Assembly (NCBI RefSeq): GCF_004010195.1 | Contig: NC_057719.1 | Coordinates: forward strand, 28,629,153-28,692,026 | Length of the DNA: 62,874 nt | Source of the DNA: Chiloscyllium plagiosum | Taxonomy: Eukaryota | Direction of reading: 5' to 3' | Part shown: positions 13,050 to 26,711 of the stretch, piece by piece | Position numbering within the stretch: position 1 is the first letter of the stretch | How the letters are laid out: every line of letters starts with the position of its first letter | Translations under genes and position numbers: made by a program | The notes under the pieces: generated by a model | Seen by the model: the letters and a program-made list of their open reading frames with translations, nothing else | Told to the model about the DNA's origin: nothing | The model's database searches: none

Positions 13050-14650
13050 AAGCCACCTTTCCTTGCTCTCATCAGCTTTTCAGTCATTAATCAATGGGGA
13101 GGATTGAGATGTTTGATAGATTATGTCGTTAAAAGAATCCTTTTAGTCAATTTTCAATCCAATCAATTTGTTGGATATCACTTTCTTTTCCCATCACTAA
13201 CTTCTTTTAGAATTATTTCCCATTATTATAAGACACCTGAATGTTAATTATCTCAAGAAAACTTGTGTCTTTCTTTACGATGACAGTTACGAAGTACTTA
13301 TTTCTGCCATTTCTGTATTTGCTCTCTTGTCTCTGCCTGTAATAGATGCAAATTGGCCTGTGCTAAACTTTTCATTTTTACATATCTATAGAGACCAGTA
13401 CAATTCATTTTAATTTTTCTTTTGTTTGTCTTCATATTTTATTCTTCTCTTATCAAATTTCAAGGCCCTCCTTTGCCAAATGCTAAAATTCACCCCATCC
13501 TCTGGCTTAAAACTTTTTTGACAACTTTAAAAGCCTCCTCCTTTGGTCTAATAAAAGTTTTTTTTGTTAGCCATGACTTTTTTCCTTTTCCTGTTGAGTA
13601 TTCTTGCCTCATAGGAATGCTTGTTTTTTGAAAACTATGATCAATTCTTTGAATACAAGTCATCATCAACCTACCATGAAACGCACCTCAGCCAATCTTC
13701 TTCCTCGTACCTTCATAATTTTCCTTGTTTAGATTTAAGTCTCAATTTGAATTACATCTTTCTCAAACTTCACAGAAAATTCTAGGATGCAGTGGTCACC
13801 ATTCTCTAAAGCTTTTGCCTTTACAACAAGGATATTAATTGGACCATTCTCACTGCTTAGTAATAGATCTAAAATAGTCCGTGCCCTAGTTGGTTCACCA
13901 ACATATTGCTGCAGAAAATTATCTCAAATACATTCCAGGTCTTCCTCCACACATCACTGGTGCTCGTTAGATTTACCCAGTCTTTATGTAGATTTAAGTC
14001 ATGCATGCTTACTGTATTTCCCATGCTATCTGCACCTCTTGATTCACACAGTTCCCTACATTACCACTTGGTAATGTTTGGTGGCTTATAAACCACTTCT
14101 ACTAATACTTACTGCCCATTAATGGGTCTCTTAACTCCAACAAACAGGTTCTAGATCCTGATCTTCTGGTCACAGATCCTCGTCACTAGCACATTGATTC
14201 TATCCCTTATCATCAGAACAACCCCATTGCTATTTTCTTTTTTTGCCTATCCTTCATAAATATTTGATACCCTTTAATGTTTAGCTCCCAGTCTTAGTCA
14301 CCCTGCAGCCATATCTCTGTTATGGCAATTAAATTATTATTCTCTTTCTTGCTCCCACTTTCACCATAAATTCACTTCTCTTATTGGGAATGCTATATGC
14401 AACCTGATTGTGCTTCTAATTCTGTTTTGCTAACACAATTACGCAGTTTGACCATGGTTGACTCCAGGACTTCTTTTCACCATTTTCCACTTTCATTTAC
14501 AGCTTTCTATTTCCCATAAGCAGCTTTGATTTTATTCTATCTAAATTCCTTTACAAGTTCCCAACCCCTAATAAGCTACCTTAAAATTCTCAACAGCACC
14601 AGCAAGTCACTCTGCGAGGATGTTAGCCCCAGTCCTGCTAAAGTGTGACC
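13050..14650 (-). mobile_element. Old, highly decayed CR1 LINE (endonuclease region and adjoining sequence)
   Basis: Co-linear similarity to the CR1 endonuclease regions at 20500-21000 and 36100-37200. Confidence 0.6.
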
Positions 14651-15751
14651 ATGTGACTATTTAAACTTGAGACTACAATGCAGAAAATATAATGGCTCAC
14701 CATTCAGATCTAATTAATCTAGCTCCTTAGAAACACACGACTTAAGACTTTGTTCTCATGTCACAGGTTGTTAGTTTCTTTTGAAATTCAACAGTTCTGT
14801 GACAGTGGCTCATGGCTCTTACTCCCAGTTAAGTGGAGACATGTTCTGCTGATATCCTGTTTCTAGCATGTTTCCTTGCAGTTCCATTCACTGATTGATC
14901 TTCCACCGTCCACTTCTACTGAATAATGAAATAATTACTGATTCTAACTTCTGACCTTTCTCACAGAAAATGCTTTTCTTAGTAACCCACAGAGCATCGA
15001 CACAGATTCTGGGTAACTAGCTGTGCCCACCATGTATCCTCTACAACCACGAGTGCCACACACATTCAAACATCCATCACCCCACCCTCTTCTCATCAAA
15101 CCTTGCTCCCCTTAATTTCTCATTTATAGTCCCTCTCCAACCCTCCTCTTGGTTCTATTTTTCCGATCTAACTCTAGTCCTACTTGATCTGTGTACAGTA
15201 CTTAATATCATTTCAATTTAAATATTTGCAGATAACATAAAATTTGTACCAGTGTGAATCATAAGGAGAACAGTGATAGTCTTCAAGAGAACATACTGAT
15301 TGGTCAAAGAGGTGGAAGATTAAATTTTATGCAGTAAACTATGTGGTGATATACCTCAGTAGGAAAACAAGTAACAGGAAATATAAACATTTTTTATTAC
15401 TTTATAGAATGTGAGATTATTGCTTATCCCTAATAACCCTTGAGAAGGTGGTGAACTGGCTCAAGTCACTGCATTAGAAGTAAAGTAATTATAGCTACAC
15501 TGCTGATAGGAAGGGTGTCCCAGAATTTCTACCAGAAGAAGCAAGGGACAGCATCACATTTTCAAGCATGCAGCTTGCAAGAGAACGTACAGGTTTTCCA
15601 TTTTGTCTGCTGCCCTTAATCTTCCATGTGGAAGGGGCTGCATATTTGGAAGATGCTGTCAAAGGAACAGTACGTTTCATACATCAAGATGTGAAGTGAT
15701 GTGAGATGTCGCCGGATCCAAATTGTGGAACTCCCCTCCTAATGACACTGA

Positions 15752-16110
15752 ATAATGAGGGGCATAGATAGGATAAACAGACAAGGTCTTTTCCCTGGGG
15801 TGGGAAAGTCCAGAACTAGAGGGCATAGGTTCAGGGTGCAAGAGAAAAGATATAAAAGGCACCTACGGGGCAACTGTTTCACACAGAGGGTGGTGGTATG
15901 TGTAAGGAATGAGCTGCTAGAGGAAGTGGCAGAGGCTGGTACAATTATAGCATTTAAAAGGCATCTGAATGGGTATATGAATAGGAAGGTTTAGAGGGAT
16001 ATGGGCCAAGTGCTGGAAAATGGGATTAGATTAGATTAGGATAACCGGTCGCATGGAACAAGTTGTACCGAAGGGTCTATTTCCGTGCTGTACATCTCTA
16101 TGATTCTATA
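15752..16110 (+). mobile_element. HER1/CR1 LINE 3' fragment
   Basis: MRGIDRINRQGLFPGVGKSRTRGHRFRV...FTQRVV; tail ctctatgattctat. Confidence 0.92.
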
Positions 16111-16399
16111 TGGTATATGCCACTGGTAGAGGGAATAACTGTTTAAGATAGTGGATAAGGTAAGAGTTAAGTGAACTGCTTTATCCTGGATAGTGCTGGG
16201 CCTGTTGAGTATTGGAGGATCTACATTAATCTGGGAAAGTGGAGAGTATTCCATCACTATCCTGACTTGCACCTTATAGACTGTGGGGGCTTTGGGAAAT
16301 CAGATGGTGAGAATTCCCAGTCTCTAACCAGTTCTCCTAGCCATATGTTTATAAGTCAAGGGTAACCTTGATCTAAACTGCATAATTATAATTGGGTTA

Positions 16400-16980
16400 C
16401 AGTAGCAAATAGATCTGGGTGCATAAGTACATAAATTATTGAAGGTGGCAAGGGTTGAGAAGGTGATGAGAAAGGCAAACAGTATACTGAGCTTTAGAAG
16501 GATTGAGTGTTTTTAAAAAATTGACATTTATAAACAGCTTTGGTCTCTACTGGATATGTTTTGGAGATGCAGAGACTTAGAACAACAGTTCTAGTGGTGA
16601 CTTACTTGGACACATTGAAAAAGTTTGGATTCTTATCATTAGAGAAGGGTGTTGTGAGATTTCAAAGAGTAGACAAGTAGATCTAGAAAAGCTATCCCTA
16701 GTAATAAAGAGTTGAGAACTAGAGGACACAGATTTTAAGGTGACTGTCAAAAGATCAAAAAACGTCATAAGAACATTTATGTCCAGTGAATCGTTATGAT
16801 ATGGAGTGCACTGCCAAAGAATGATGGAGGTATATTCAGTCATGCCTATCAAAAGGAAATTGAATAAACCTATGAAGAGAAAATCATGCAGGGGTAAGGG
16901 CAAGGAGTCAGAACTAGCTAAATTCCTTGTGATTAGAGCTGATTGGTCTCGTTTTGTGTCGTAACCATTCTATGATTCTA
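16400..16980 (+). mobile_element. Older CR1 LINE 3' fragment
   Basis: actagaggacacagattttaaggt (TRGH motif) and ttctatgattcta tail. Confidence 0.7.
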
Positions 16981-19375
16981 ATTGCATGACTGTGGTGTTA
17001 TGACTTAAATAAAGTTTCTGTATCTCTAAAAAATCTATGTTCAACTTAATAACCTTGCACTTGAGCTGAATATGGACTATGTTGTCTGAGCAATGAAGGA
17101 GTATCCAATTTCCTAGGTGCATCAGAAACTGCCAGTGTTATGGATGTTTTTAATTCACACTTGTTTTGCCAACATGCCTCCATGAAATTATCTTCACATA
17201 AAAGAGAAAATATTGCAGAAGATTTGAAGGAAGTCCTGGATTGTATACCTGTTGTATCTCTTGTTTTGTGTTCTCTCTACTTTAGTGTAGGGGAAGAGCA
17301 TGAGAGTAAGAGAGAGACACACAACAGGGAGAGTATGTTCAATGTCGATTAAATTTTCCCAAGAAAAAAGCTGAAATTTTGCCAACTGATTACCTCATCA
17401 GTGTTTTGTTGACAGTAAAGGTTTATGCCTATTGCATACCTACAACCCAAATGTTAACATATGTGAGGGAAAGAAAGGGAACAAATAAAATAGTGGCACA
17501 GAGTCAGGAAAGAGGGTGACCATTTACTAATTATTCTTTACAATAAGACAGAAGATTGTGTGGTTGTTTCTCATAAAACTCAAAAGCCTGACATCAAAGA
17601 TCTCATTGTATTATTTTACAGAATAGTTGGTGAGATATCACTGGTGTCTTGGTCAAAATTTACCCCTCAATTAATATTACAGACATATCGTCTAGACATG
17701 ATCATATTAGTTTTGTGGCAACTTGCTATCAACAAATGGCTACCAGGTTTCCCTTATTACAACAGTGATTTCAGAAAGTATTTTAAAACAACCTGAGGTT
17801 GTGAATGGTGCTATATAAATTCAATTTCTTTTATTTCCCTCTTTTGTTGGTTTTAGATTACATTACAGGGTGTAATGCTTTGAAATAGCATGCCATTGGA
17901 AAGCTTATTTTTCCTTGCACCGAAGCCAAAATATAAGAAATTGACTTCCCTTTTGTAGCTTCATTTGGTTATAACCTTTAAAATACACTTTCAACAAACA
18001 TAATTTTTATTAGTGCACTGTCTTACAGCAATCTTACATTGTAGAAAATTTATATTGGATGGATATTATTTTGCTCACACTGAATGCCCCTCTTTGATGA
18101 AACAAATTCTCATTGAAGTGAATGTTATTTTTGTTGCTGTCTTTTTTTGCATATTGCAAAAATGATTATAAAAATTCTATCATGCAAAATATATTGACAA
18201 AGAAATGAGGGTTTTTAAAAAATTTATTTGTTATATAAATCTCTATTGTTCACTAATATCAGGTTTTTAATGGGTAATTTAACTTAAAGCCTGTTTACAA
18301 CAGCTTAGATTTTGTTCCCATTGAGTAGCATTAATTGTATTTTGTCTTCACTCCCTTCCATTCTTCCCAATATAATGTCTAATGAATGGTTAGACAACTT
18401 TCCCCTTTCATACCCACTGCATGTGGACAGCAGAAAATGTGAAGGCTGTGAATGGTAATCTCTATCAACAAATGAACATACTTTAATTTTTTAAAATAAC
18501 TGAAGACAAAATTGTGTTTTGATCAATAACTGAGAAAATATACAAGTTCTATTGTTAGGTTCTACCAATTGGTAAACCAAAGAAATGGATTCAACCAAGG
18601 TACTTTTACATTGAATTTTGATTTTTTTTTCATATAAACAACAGCTGATTTACCCAAGATAATGCAGCAGCATAAACACAACCTTATAAGAACATCCTAC
18701 ATAATATTTTAATTAGTTAAGCAAAAACGCCAAAAGAAAATTTCTTTCATAGTTCGTAAATTATAGACTTCAACTTCCTCTGAAAGAAATTTAAGTTTTA
18801 GTGAATGTTGTTTGAACTAGTTCATATGGCCTTGGTTTTGTTTTTGCTCAACTGTGAAACAGACATGCCTTGGCTAGCAACTGGTAATTCCACATTTCCT
18901 GAATATAACCTTTACTTGTTTTGTGCTTTTTTCTATTGCAGCCTAAATTCTTGGCCTGGTCTTGTCTTGGAGATTGAAAATGATGAATTATAAGTTTTGC
19001 TCCAGTATGTGTTCTGTCATCATCAAAGAGGGAGATTCAAAACAGGCAGTTAATTAAGTGTATGTAGTACCTGGCTTTGTTAATAGGGACATTCAATACA
19101 AAAACGAGGAAGTAATGCTAAACCTTTACAATTCTCCAGTTCGGTGTCAGTTGGAGTATTCTGTACAATACCAGGCTTTAGGAAGATGTTAAGATTCTAC
19201 AGAAGATTCAGAGGAGATTTACAAATGAAGTTTAGTAGAGTGAATAATGATATCAATTTTCTCTTTAAGAGTAGAAAAGGTTAAAGAGATATGCATCAGA
19301 GGATCCAAATTTGTGAGCGGTTTTGAGAGATCAAGTAGGGAGAATGTATTTCTTCTTGCAAGTGTCAGTATTACA

Positions 19376-21775
19376 ATAAGAACATAAGAACTAAGAGCAG
19401 GAGTGGGCCACCTGGCTGTTCGAGCCTGCTCCACCATTCAATAAAATCATGGCTGACCTTCCATGGTCTCAGCTCCACCTACCTGCCTTCTCACCTTAAC
19501 CCTAAATTCCTTTCCTGTTCAAAAGATTATCTATCTTAGCTTTAGTAACATTTACTGAGGAAGCCTCCACTACTTCACTAGGCAGGGAATTTCACAGGTT
19601 CACAACCCTCTGGGTGAAGATGTTCCTTCTCAATTCAGTCCTAAATCTGCGCCCTCTACTTTTGATGCTATGCCTTCTTGTCCTAGTTTCACCTGCCAGT
19701 GAAAACATCCTCTCTCCATTTATTTTATCTATTCCCTTCATAATTTTACATGTTTCTATAAGATCCCCCCTCTCTCTTCGAAACTCCAATGAATAAAATC
19801 CCAGTCTTCTCAGTCTCTCCTCATAAGCAAGCCCTGTCAACTGCAGAGTCAACTGAGTGAACTCCTCTGCAACCCCTCAAGTGCCAGAATATCCTTTCTC
19901 AAGTAAAGAGATCAAAACTGCATGCAGTACTCCAGGTGTGGCCTCACCAGCACCCTCTACAGCTGCAACATAATCACCCTGCTTTTAAACAATCCCTTTT
20001 GTAATGAAGGACAAAATTCTATTTGCCTTCCTAATTACCTGTTGCACCTGCAGACCAAACTTCTGTGATTCATGCACAAGGACACCCAAGTCCCTCTGCA
20101 CAGCAGCATGCTGCAACGTTTTACCATTCAAGTAATAGTCCTTTTTACTGATATTCCTACCAAAATAGACGACTTCACATTTATTAACATTGTACTCAAT
20201 CTGCCAGACCTTTGCCCACTCAAAATATCCATGTCCCTTTGCAAAATTTCACAGTCCTCTGCACACTTTGCTCTACCACTCATCTTTGTGTCATCCACAA
20301 ACTTTGACAAACTCCACGGGGTCCCCAAATCCAAATCACCTATGTAAATTGTGAATAATTGTGGTCCCAATACTGATCCCTGAGGCACCCCACTAATAAA
20401 TGATTGACAACCAGAAAATCACTCATTTATCCCAACTCTTTACTACCCATGCTAATACATTACCCATAACACCTTGCATCATTATCTTATGCAGCAGTTC
20501 CATTACACATTGTTCAAGAGAATCAGGGCTACATTCAATGAACTCCTCCTCAAGACTACCCTATCCGACCTGGTTCGACCAATCGATATGTAGATTAAAA
20601 TCTCCCTTGATAATTGCCGTATCATTTTTACATGCATTAGTTATTTCTTTGTTTATTGCCCACCCCAATATGATATTATTATTTGGTGGCCTATTGATTG
20701 CACATATCAGTGATATTTTCGTCTGAGAATTTCTAATTTCCACCCAAATGGATTCAACCTTATTCTCCATAAAACCTATATTATTTCTCACTACTGCCCT
20801 GATGTCATCCTTAAATATCAGAGCCACACCATCTTCCTTTCTGTCCTTCCGACAAGTTTGATACCCCTGGATATTCAACTCCCATTCGCAACCATGTCTC
20901 CGGAATGGCTACTAAATCGTACTCATTCATGATGATTTGTGGCGTTAACTAACCCACCTTGTTACAAATGCTACAAGCATTCAGGTAATGTACCCTTATG
21001 CTAGTTTTTATACACTCTTTATAAATTCCAACCTACATTAATAATGATTAGATTCCCTACAGTATGGAAACAGGCCCTTCAGCCCAACAAGTCCACACCG
21101 ATCCTCCAAAGAAACCCACACCCTACCCTATGTTTACTTCAGCTAATGCACCTAACACTAGGGGCAATTTAGCACTGCCAATTCATCTGATCTGCACATC
21201 TTTGCACAGTAGGAGGAAACAAGAGCACGCAGAGGAAACCCATGCAGATATAGGAAGAATGTGCAAACTCCACACAGACATTTGCCCAAGATGGGAACTG
21301 AACCTGGGTCCCTGGTGCTGTGAGGCAACAATGCTAACCACTGAGCCACTGTGCCACCCAGTTAACTCCTGAGCTATTCTTCCTTGTTACTTTTTTCATA
21401 GTAGTTAAACCTTCCTGCATGCATGCTAACCTGCTGCTTACCTTTTTATTGACCATCATACTTCCTGTCATTTTCCCCTTCCTTTACCCTCCACCACCAA
21501 TTCACTGGTTTAAAGTCCTAGTGACCACCCTATTTATCCTTTTTGCGAGAACTCTGGTTCAAGATCAGTTCAGGTAGAGATTGTCCCATCGGTACAGATC
21601 TTTCCTGTTCCAAAACTGATGCCAAAATCCCATGAAATAGAACCCCTCTTTCCCACACCACTCTTTTCGCCAGGTGTTTAAATCCCTAATTTTCATATCC
21701 CTAAACCAATTTGCACGTGGCTCGGGTACTAATCTGGAGATTAGAACGCTTGAGGACCTGTTCCTTAATTTGCTG
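19376..21775 (-). mobile_element. CR1 LINE (internally deleted RT, endonuclease and ORF1 end), interrupted by an HE1 SINE
   Basis: (TTCTTATG)n tail at 19376; LEFRRERGDLIE, PQGSVLGPQLFTIYI, KFVDDTK, NIQGYQTCRKDRK, GDFNLHIDW. Confidence 0.92.
21045..21359 (-). mobile_element. HE1-type V-SINE
   Basis: tRNA head (ggtggcacagtggctcagtggttagca...gggttcagttcc), V-domain (gtgtggagtttgcacattct...ggtttcctc) and a CR1-like 3' tail. Confidence 0.9.
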
Positions 21776-21863
21776 CAGATACAGATTGAAATTGCAATCC
21801 TACTCCATTTAGTTAAAAATCACACAACACCAGGTTATAGTCCAATAGGTTTAATTGAAAGCA

Positions 21864-21898
21864 CGCTAGCTTTCGGAGCGATGCTCCTTCATCAGGTG
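21864..21898 (-). ncRNA. Minimal type I hammerhead ribozyme motif
   Basis: Minus strand cac-CTGATGA-a-GGAGC-atc-GCTCC-GAAA-GCTA-gcg: CUGANGA and GAAA cores, 5-bp helix II, palindromic AGCT in place of helix III. Confidence 0.8.
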
Positions 21899-21903
21899 AC
21901 TAC

Positions 21904-21938
21904 CACCTGATGAAAGAGTGTCGCTCCGAAAGCTAGTG
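21904..21938 (+). ncRNA. Minimal hammerhead ribozyme motif (helix II partly mutated)
   Basis: cac-CTGATGA-a-agagt-gtc-gctcc-GAAA-GCTA-gtg; helix I cac/gtg. Confidence 0.7.
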
Positions 21939-22859
21939 TGCTTCCAATTAAACCTGTTGGACTATAACCTGGTGTTGTGTGATTTTTAACTTTGTACACC
22001 CCAGTCCAACACCGGCATCTCCAAATCATGACTACTCCATTTAAATAGGCTAAAATTGATTTTTTTGGTCCATCTACTCCAATTTTCAATGTTTTACATG
22101 CTGCCAGCTATTATAGAGGAGATTTTTTAAAACTCTGTAATTATGGAGTTTGTACATTGAAATGGCTTGATATTGGGAAATTCTCTCTCAATACCACTCT
22201 TTGTTCAATGTAATTATCTGGTATTGTTCTGCGGGAGTATTCTATTTCATCCTTTGCAGCTTGTTTAAACACATGAAAGGGATTGTTTCCTTTGTCATTT
22301 ACTAAAGCAGTTTGCGCCAGTATTTACCGGCAAGATTTAATAAATTGATTATTTTCTCTTTATAAATCAGCAGATCAAGCATTATAACTATAAATGAGTT
22401 TTAGCTTTTTGTCAGTCAATATTTACCTGATGTTTTGAGAACTATTCCTTGATCATTTTAAGATTGGTTATCGATTATAAACTTTTCTTTGTCATTAGAA
22501 TTTAACAAAATATAGATTAGATTTTGAAAATTAAATCTCTTGCACTGCAAATTAAATCCATTTTATTTGTCGTTCATATTCCCTGATGAAAGCATTTTAA
22601 GGATTGTGGAGGAGAGCAGGGAATATAATGATAACTTGCATTATGGTAATGATAGTCTCTAAAGACAAATTTTATGACTTCGATAATAGGTGCTGCGATT
22701 GTACAGTATCAACTGCTGCAGCTCCAAATTATTTTAAGTGATTTTCGTGAACAACTAACTACTGTGTAGCAGGGACAGGCAGAACTCCAATGTATGCCCA
22801 AAAGAAAATCTTGCACTTTAAAACCAATAAGTGCATTGTGTGTACATTTTGATCAGGAA

Positions 22860-23105
22860 ACAGGAATAACTTTCCTGTTCTTCTTTGAATAGTACCCCAA
22901 GATCCTTTACAGCTGCTCAAAAACATAAATAGCGCCTCAAATTAACATCTCATCTGGAAGATGTCACCTCCAATACGAACAATACTCCCTCAGAACTGCA
23001 GTGAAGTACCAGTCTAGGTGATGTTCTCACCTCTGGACTATTGATTGAGCTCATGAACTTCCGATATAGAGGCAAAAGTTCGCCTCATGAGTCAAGGCTG
23101 ACATC
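22860..23105 (-). mobile_element. DeuSINE-type (SacSINE1/AmnSINE-like) SINE; related copies at 51245-51612 (+) and about 17640-17830 (+, 3' part)
   Basis: Minus strand cactgcagttctgagggagtattgttcgtattggaggtgacatcttccagatgagatgttaatttgaggc...aaaggatcttggggtactattcaaagaagaacagg resembles the Deu-domain. Confidence 0.7.
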
Positions 23106-24071
23106 TAAGTCAGATGACTTGCATACAGGCAGCAAAAATTTGAAAATATTGCACGTTGTAGACAAAATATCACTCAGAATAATTAGGTAGATTTTAAGAT
23201 CAGTAATTCTGAATTAGTGACATGCAACTGCACAGGAAATGTGCTTTAGTCTTTCCTGTACATCCAGCCTACATTAAACAGGTTCCAGCTATCTTGTGTG
23301 GATATCACATTGATAAAGCATCTCTTCTTAAACAGCAGTCTAGGAGTTGACAATTGTTTGGAGATATGAATACTAATAAACTATATCAATGCAGATCTTT
23401 TACTTGTGATGTGAACCAGTAAACCACGTAGTTAATTTCCTATTTATTTCCCCATGAAATCTCATGAACGCCACACCACATTTTAGCAGGGTCATATGTT
23501 AAGATGTGATTTTCCACATTCACTGACGTGAAGATCGCTGCCATATTATTTCCCACAATACTCACACAGAGACAAGCTTGTAATTTTGATCTCAAATTTC
23601 TGATTTAATTTATTACTGTCATGTGTACTGAGGTACAGTGAAAAGTGTTGTTTTGTGTGTTTTACAGGTAGATTGTACTACAGAAGTGCATCCGGGGAAC
23701 AGAACGCATTGCAGGATGCAATGTTACAGCTGCTGAGAAGGTACAGAGAGAGAGAGATCAAATTAACATTACACATATCCAATTAAAAGCCTGATAACAA
23801 CAGGGAGAAGCTATTCTTGAATCTGTTTATATGTGTATACACAACTTTTATATCTTCTGCCCTATGGAAGAGGGTGAAATAGAGTATATTGGTTGCAACC
23901 CGCTGCAGTGGGAAGTATAGACGGAGTCAATGGATGGAAGGCTGGTTGGCGTGAGGTACTCAGCTGTATTCACAACTCTCGAAAGTTTCTTTAGGCCTTG
24001 GGAAGAGCAGTTGCCATACCATGCCATGATGCCTCCAAGTAGGATGCTTTCTACGGTGCACCTATACAAAT

Positions 24072-24183
24072 GTAAAAGTCACACAACACCAGGTTATAGG
24101 AACACTAGCTGTCGGACTATAACCTGCTGTTGTGTGATTTTTAACTTTCTCCACCCCAGTCCAACACCAGCACCTCCAAATCA
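24072..24183 (+). mobile_element. Internally deleted palindromic PLE (family B) with 8-bp TSD
   Basis: tcacacaacaccaggttatag ... ctataacctgctgttgtgtga inverted arms; TSD atacaaat at 24064-24071 and 24184-24191. Confidence 0.8.
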
Positions 24184-24816
24184 ATACAAATTTGTACGTG
24201 TCTTTATGGACATGCCAAATTTCCTTAGCTTCCTGAAGAAGTAGAGACATTGCTGAGCTTCCTTGACCACAGTGTCAACATGAGTGGACCAGGCCAGATT
24301 TTGGTGATCGTCACACCCAGGAACGTGACATTCTCTACCATCTCCACCATTGATACAGCTGGGGTGTGCCCTCCACTCCACTTCCTGAAGTCAATAACCA
24401 GGTCATTTGTTTTGCTGACATTGATGGAGAGATTGTTGTCTTTACACCATGCCATTAAGCACTGACTCTCTCTCCTGTACTCTATCTCGTCATTGTTTGA
24501 GATCTGACCTACAATGATAGCGTCATCAGCAAACTTGTAAATAGGGTTGGTGCAGAATTTGGCTACTCGGTCTTGTATGTATAAGGAATACAGTTGGGGA
24601 TCGCGAATGCAGCCTTGTGGGACACTGTATTGATGGTTATCGTACAAGAGGTATTGTTGCCCATCCTTTCTGACTGTGATCTGTTGATCAGGAAGTTGAG
24701 AATCCAGTTACAGAAGGGGTATTCAGGACCTAGGTCCCAGAGTTTGGAGATGAGTTGGTTTGGAATGAAGGTGTTGAAGCTGGAGATGTAGTCAGTAAGT
24801 AGGAACCTGACATAAT

Positions 24817-25185
24817 AATCATAGAGTCATAGAGATGTACAGCATGGAAACAGACCCTTCGGTCCAACCTGTCAATGCAGACAAGATATCCCAACCCAAT
24901 CTACTCCCACCTGCCAGCACTCAGCCCATATCCCTCCAAACCCTTCCTATTCATATACCCATCCAAATGCCTCTTAAATGTTGCAATTGTACCAGCCTCC
25001 ACCACATCCTCTGGCAGCTCATTCCCTACATGTACCACCCTCTGCGTGAAAATGTTGCCCCTTAGGTCTCTTTTAAATCTTTCCCCTCTCACCCATACCT
25101 ATGCCCTCTAGTTCTGGACTCCCCGACCCCAGGGAAAAGACTTTGTCTATTTATCCTATCCATGCCCCTCATAATTTTGTAAACC
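24817..25185 (-). mobile_element. HER1/CR1 LINE 3' fragment
   Basis: catagagtcatagag tail; RGERFKRDLRGNIFTQRVV. Confidence 0.92.
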
Positions 25186-26049
25186 CTTGTTACCCAAATG
25201 TTCCAGGGATGAGGGTAGGGCCAGGAAGGTGGCACCTGCTGTAGACCAGTTGCGCCAGAGATGAATTGCAAGGGATCAAGGCAATCTAGGAGGCTGGAGG
25301 TGATGAGAGCCATGACCAATTTCTCAAAGCAAGTCTTAATGATAGAAGTCAGAGCCATAGGGTCGTCGTTACTGAGGCACGTTGCATGATTTTTCTTTGG
25401 CATTGGCATGATGGTGATCATCTTGAAGCAGGTGGGAACTGCATATTGTAGTAAGGAGAGATTGCAGATGTCTGCGAATACTCCCGCCAGCTGGTCCACC
25501 CAGAGATTTTAGTGATTGACATTAGTTTCAATCAATTGCTGTGCCAGATTATAATGATCTAATGTGTAATTTCTAATTTTTGGTTCCCCTACAGATGGTC
25601 ACTATTATTTGCATTTTATGTATTACCATTGCAAACTATTGCTATACAGAGAATAGTTCTCCCAATGAGTTAAGGCTGACATACATGCAGGATGACCTGT
25701 ATGTTACCAACAAAAATCTGAAAATAGTCCATAGTGTAGACAAAATATTACTCAGGATAAATATGTAGATTTCAAGCACTGCGGTGACCACCTTGTGTAA
25801 TTCAAAGTCTGGTTAATCCATACTAGTTAGAAAAGCAAAGCTCTGTAGGGAACTGCCACTTAAGTCGAGTCAATCAAGTTGTTGGTTTGGGAATTAAAAA
25901 GATGGCTGCTATTTGACTTAAAAAATTTTAAATAAGCTTTCATTGTTGTCTATCCTCTAGCAAAAATGGTATCGGATCCATGAATGCCGAAAGTTTGAAA
26001 GGAGCAACTCTTTCAGCTAGGTTACCAAAACAGTGCTCTATGGATGCAC

Positions 26050-26410
26050 TCTCCCATACATTTCAAATATTCAGAAGACCTATATAGCAGGCACTTCAAA
26101 GTCCTGTGCAAGTTACCACTATCAGCACCATTATAGGATTCTGCAAGTCTGACAGCAAGAAAAGTAAATCAAAAGCAGCATCCTCACTCAAACCAACTTT
26201 CTCAGCATTAAGACACTAATCACTTAGAGCCACCTTCATTGAGTTGACCATGTCTTTCACATGCTGAACTCCAGACTCCCAGATCAGTGGCTTTACTTAG
26301 AACTCAAGCATTGCAGGAGAGCAATACCAGCTCAGTAGAAACACTTTCAGTATATCCTCAAAGGATTTGTGAAGAGGTCAAACTATCTGTGGACTCATGT
26401 GAGATGCTAA
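26050..26410 (+). mobile_element. RTE-clade LINE C-terminal remnant
   Basis: Translates to H*VDHVFHMLNSRLPDQWLYLELKHCRRAIPAQ*KHFQYILK, resembling RTE RWAGHV.RM...RLPKQ.LY.EL..G.R. Confidence 0.6.
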
Positions 26411-26427
26411 GTTTTGTTAATTAGACA

Positions 26428-26711
26428 AATCCACACCAACCCTCCAAAGAGTAACCCACCCAGACCCATTCCCCTACCCTATATTTACCCCTGACTAGTG
26501 CACCTAATACTATGGGCAATTTAGCATGACCAATTCACCTGACCTGCATATCTTTGGATTGTGGGAGGAAACCGCAGCACCTAGAGGAAACCCACGCACA
26601 CATGGGGAGAATGTGCAAACTCCACATAGACAGTCGCCCGAGGCTGGAATTGAACCCGGGTCCCTGGCGCTGTGAGGCAGCAGTGCTAACCACTGAGTCA
26701 TTGTGCCGCCC
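26428..26711 (-). mobile_element. HE1-type V-SINE
   Basis: ggcggcacaatgactcagtggttagcactgctgcctcacagcgccagggacccgggttcaattcc head plus V-domain. Confidence 0.92.

Larger units (their letters stand above)
21812..22031 (+). mobile_element. Palindromic Penelope-like element (family B) with 12-bp TSD
   Basis: 88-bp inverted arms 21811-21898 and 21904-21991; TSD ctactccattta at 21800-21811 and 22032-22043. Confidence 0.85.
23600..25505 (-). mobile_element. Rex1/Babar-like LINE RT, interrupted by a PLE (24072-24183) and a CR1 (24817-25185)
   Basis: DQLAGVFADICNLSL..VPTCFK, PMALTSIIKTCFEKLV, LDPLQF, VPQGCI..LYSLY, KFADDA, AQQCLYFFRKLRKFG, YRCTVESIL. Confidence 0.88.

Noticed and set aside
21674..22089. 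Opposite-strand ORFs sharing VKNHTTPGYSP.GLI.STLAFGA as duplicated peptide genes
   Set aside because: Artefact of the palindromic PLE; non-coding.
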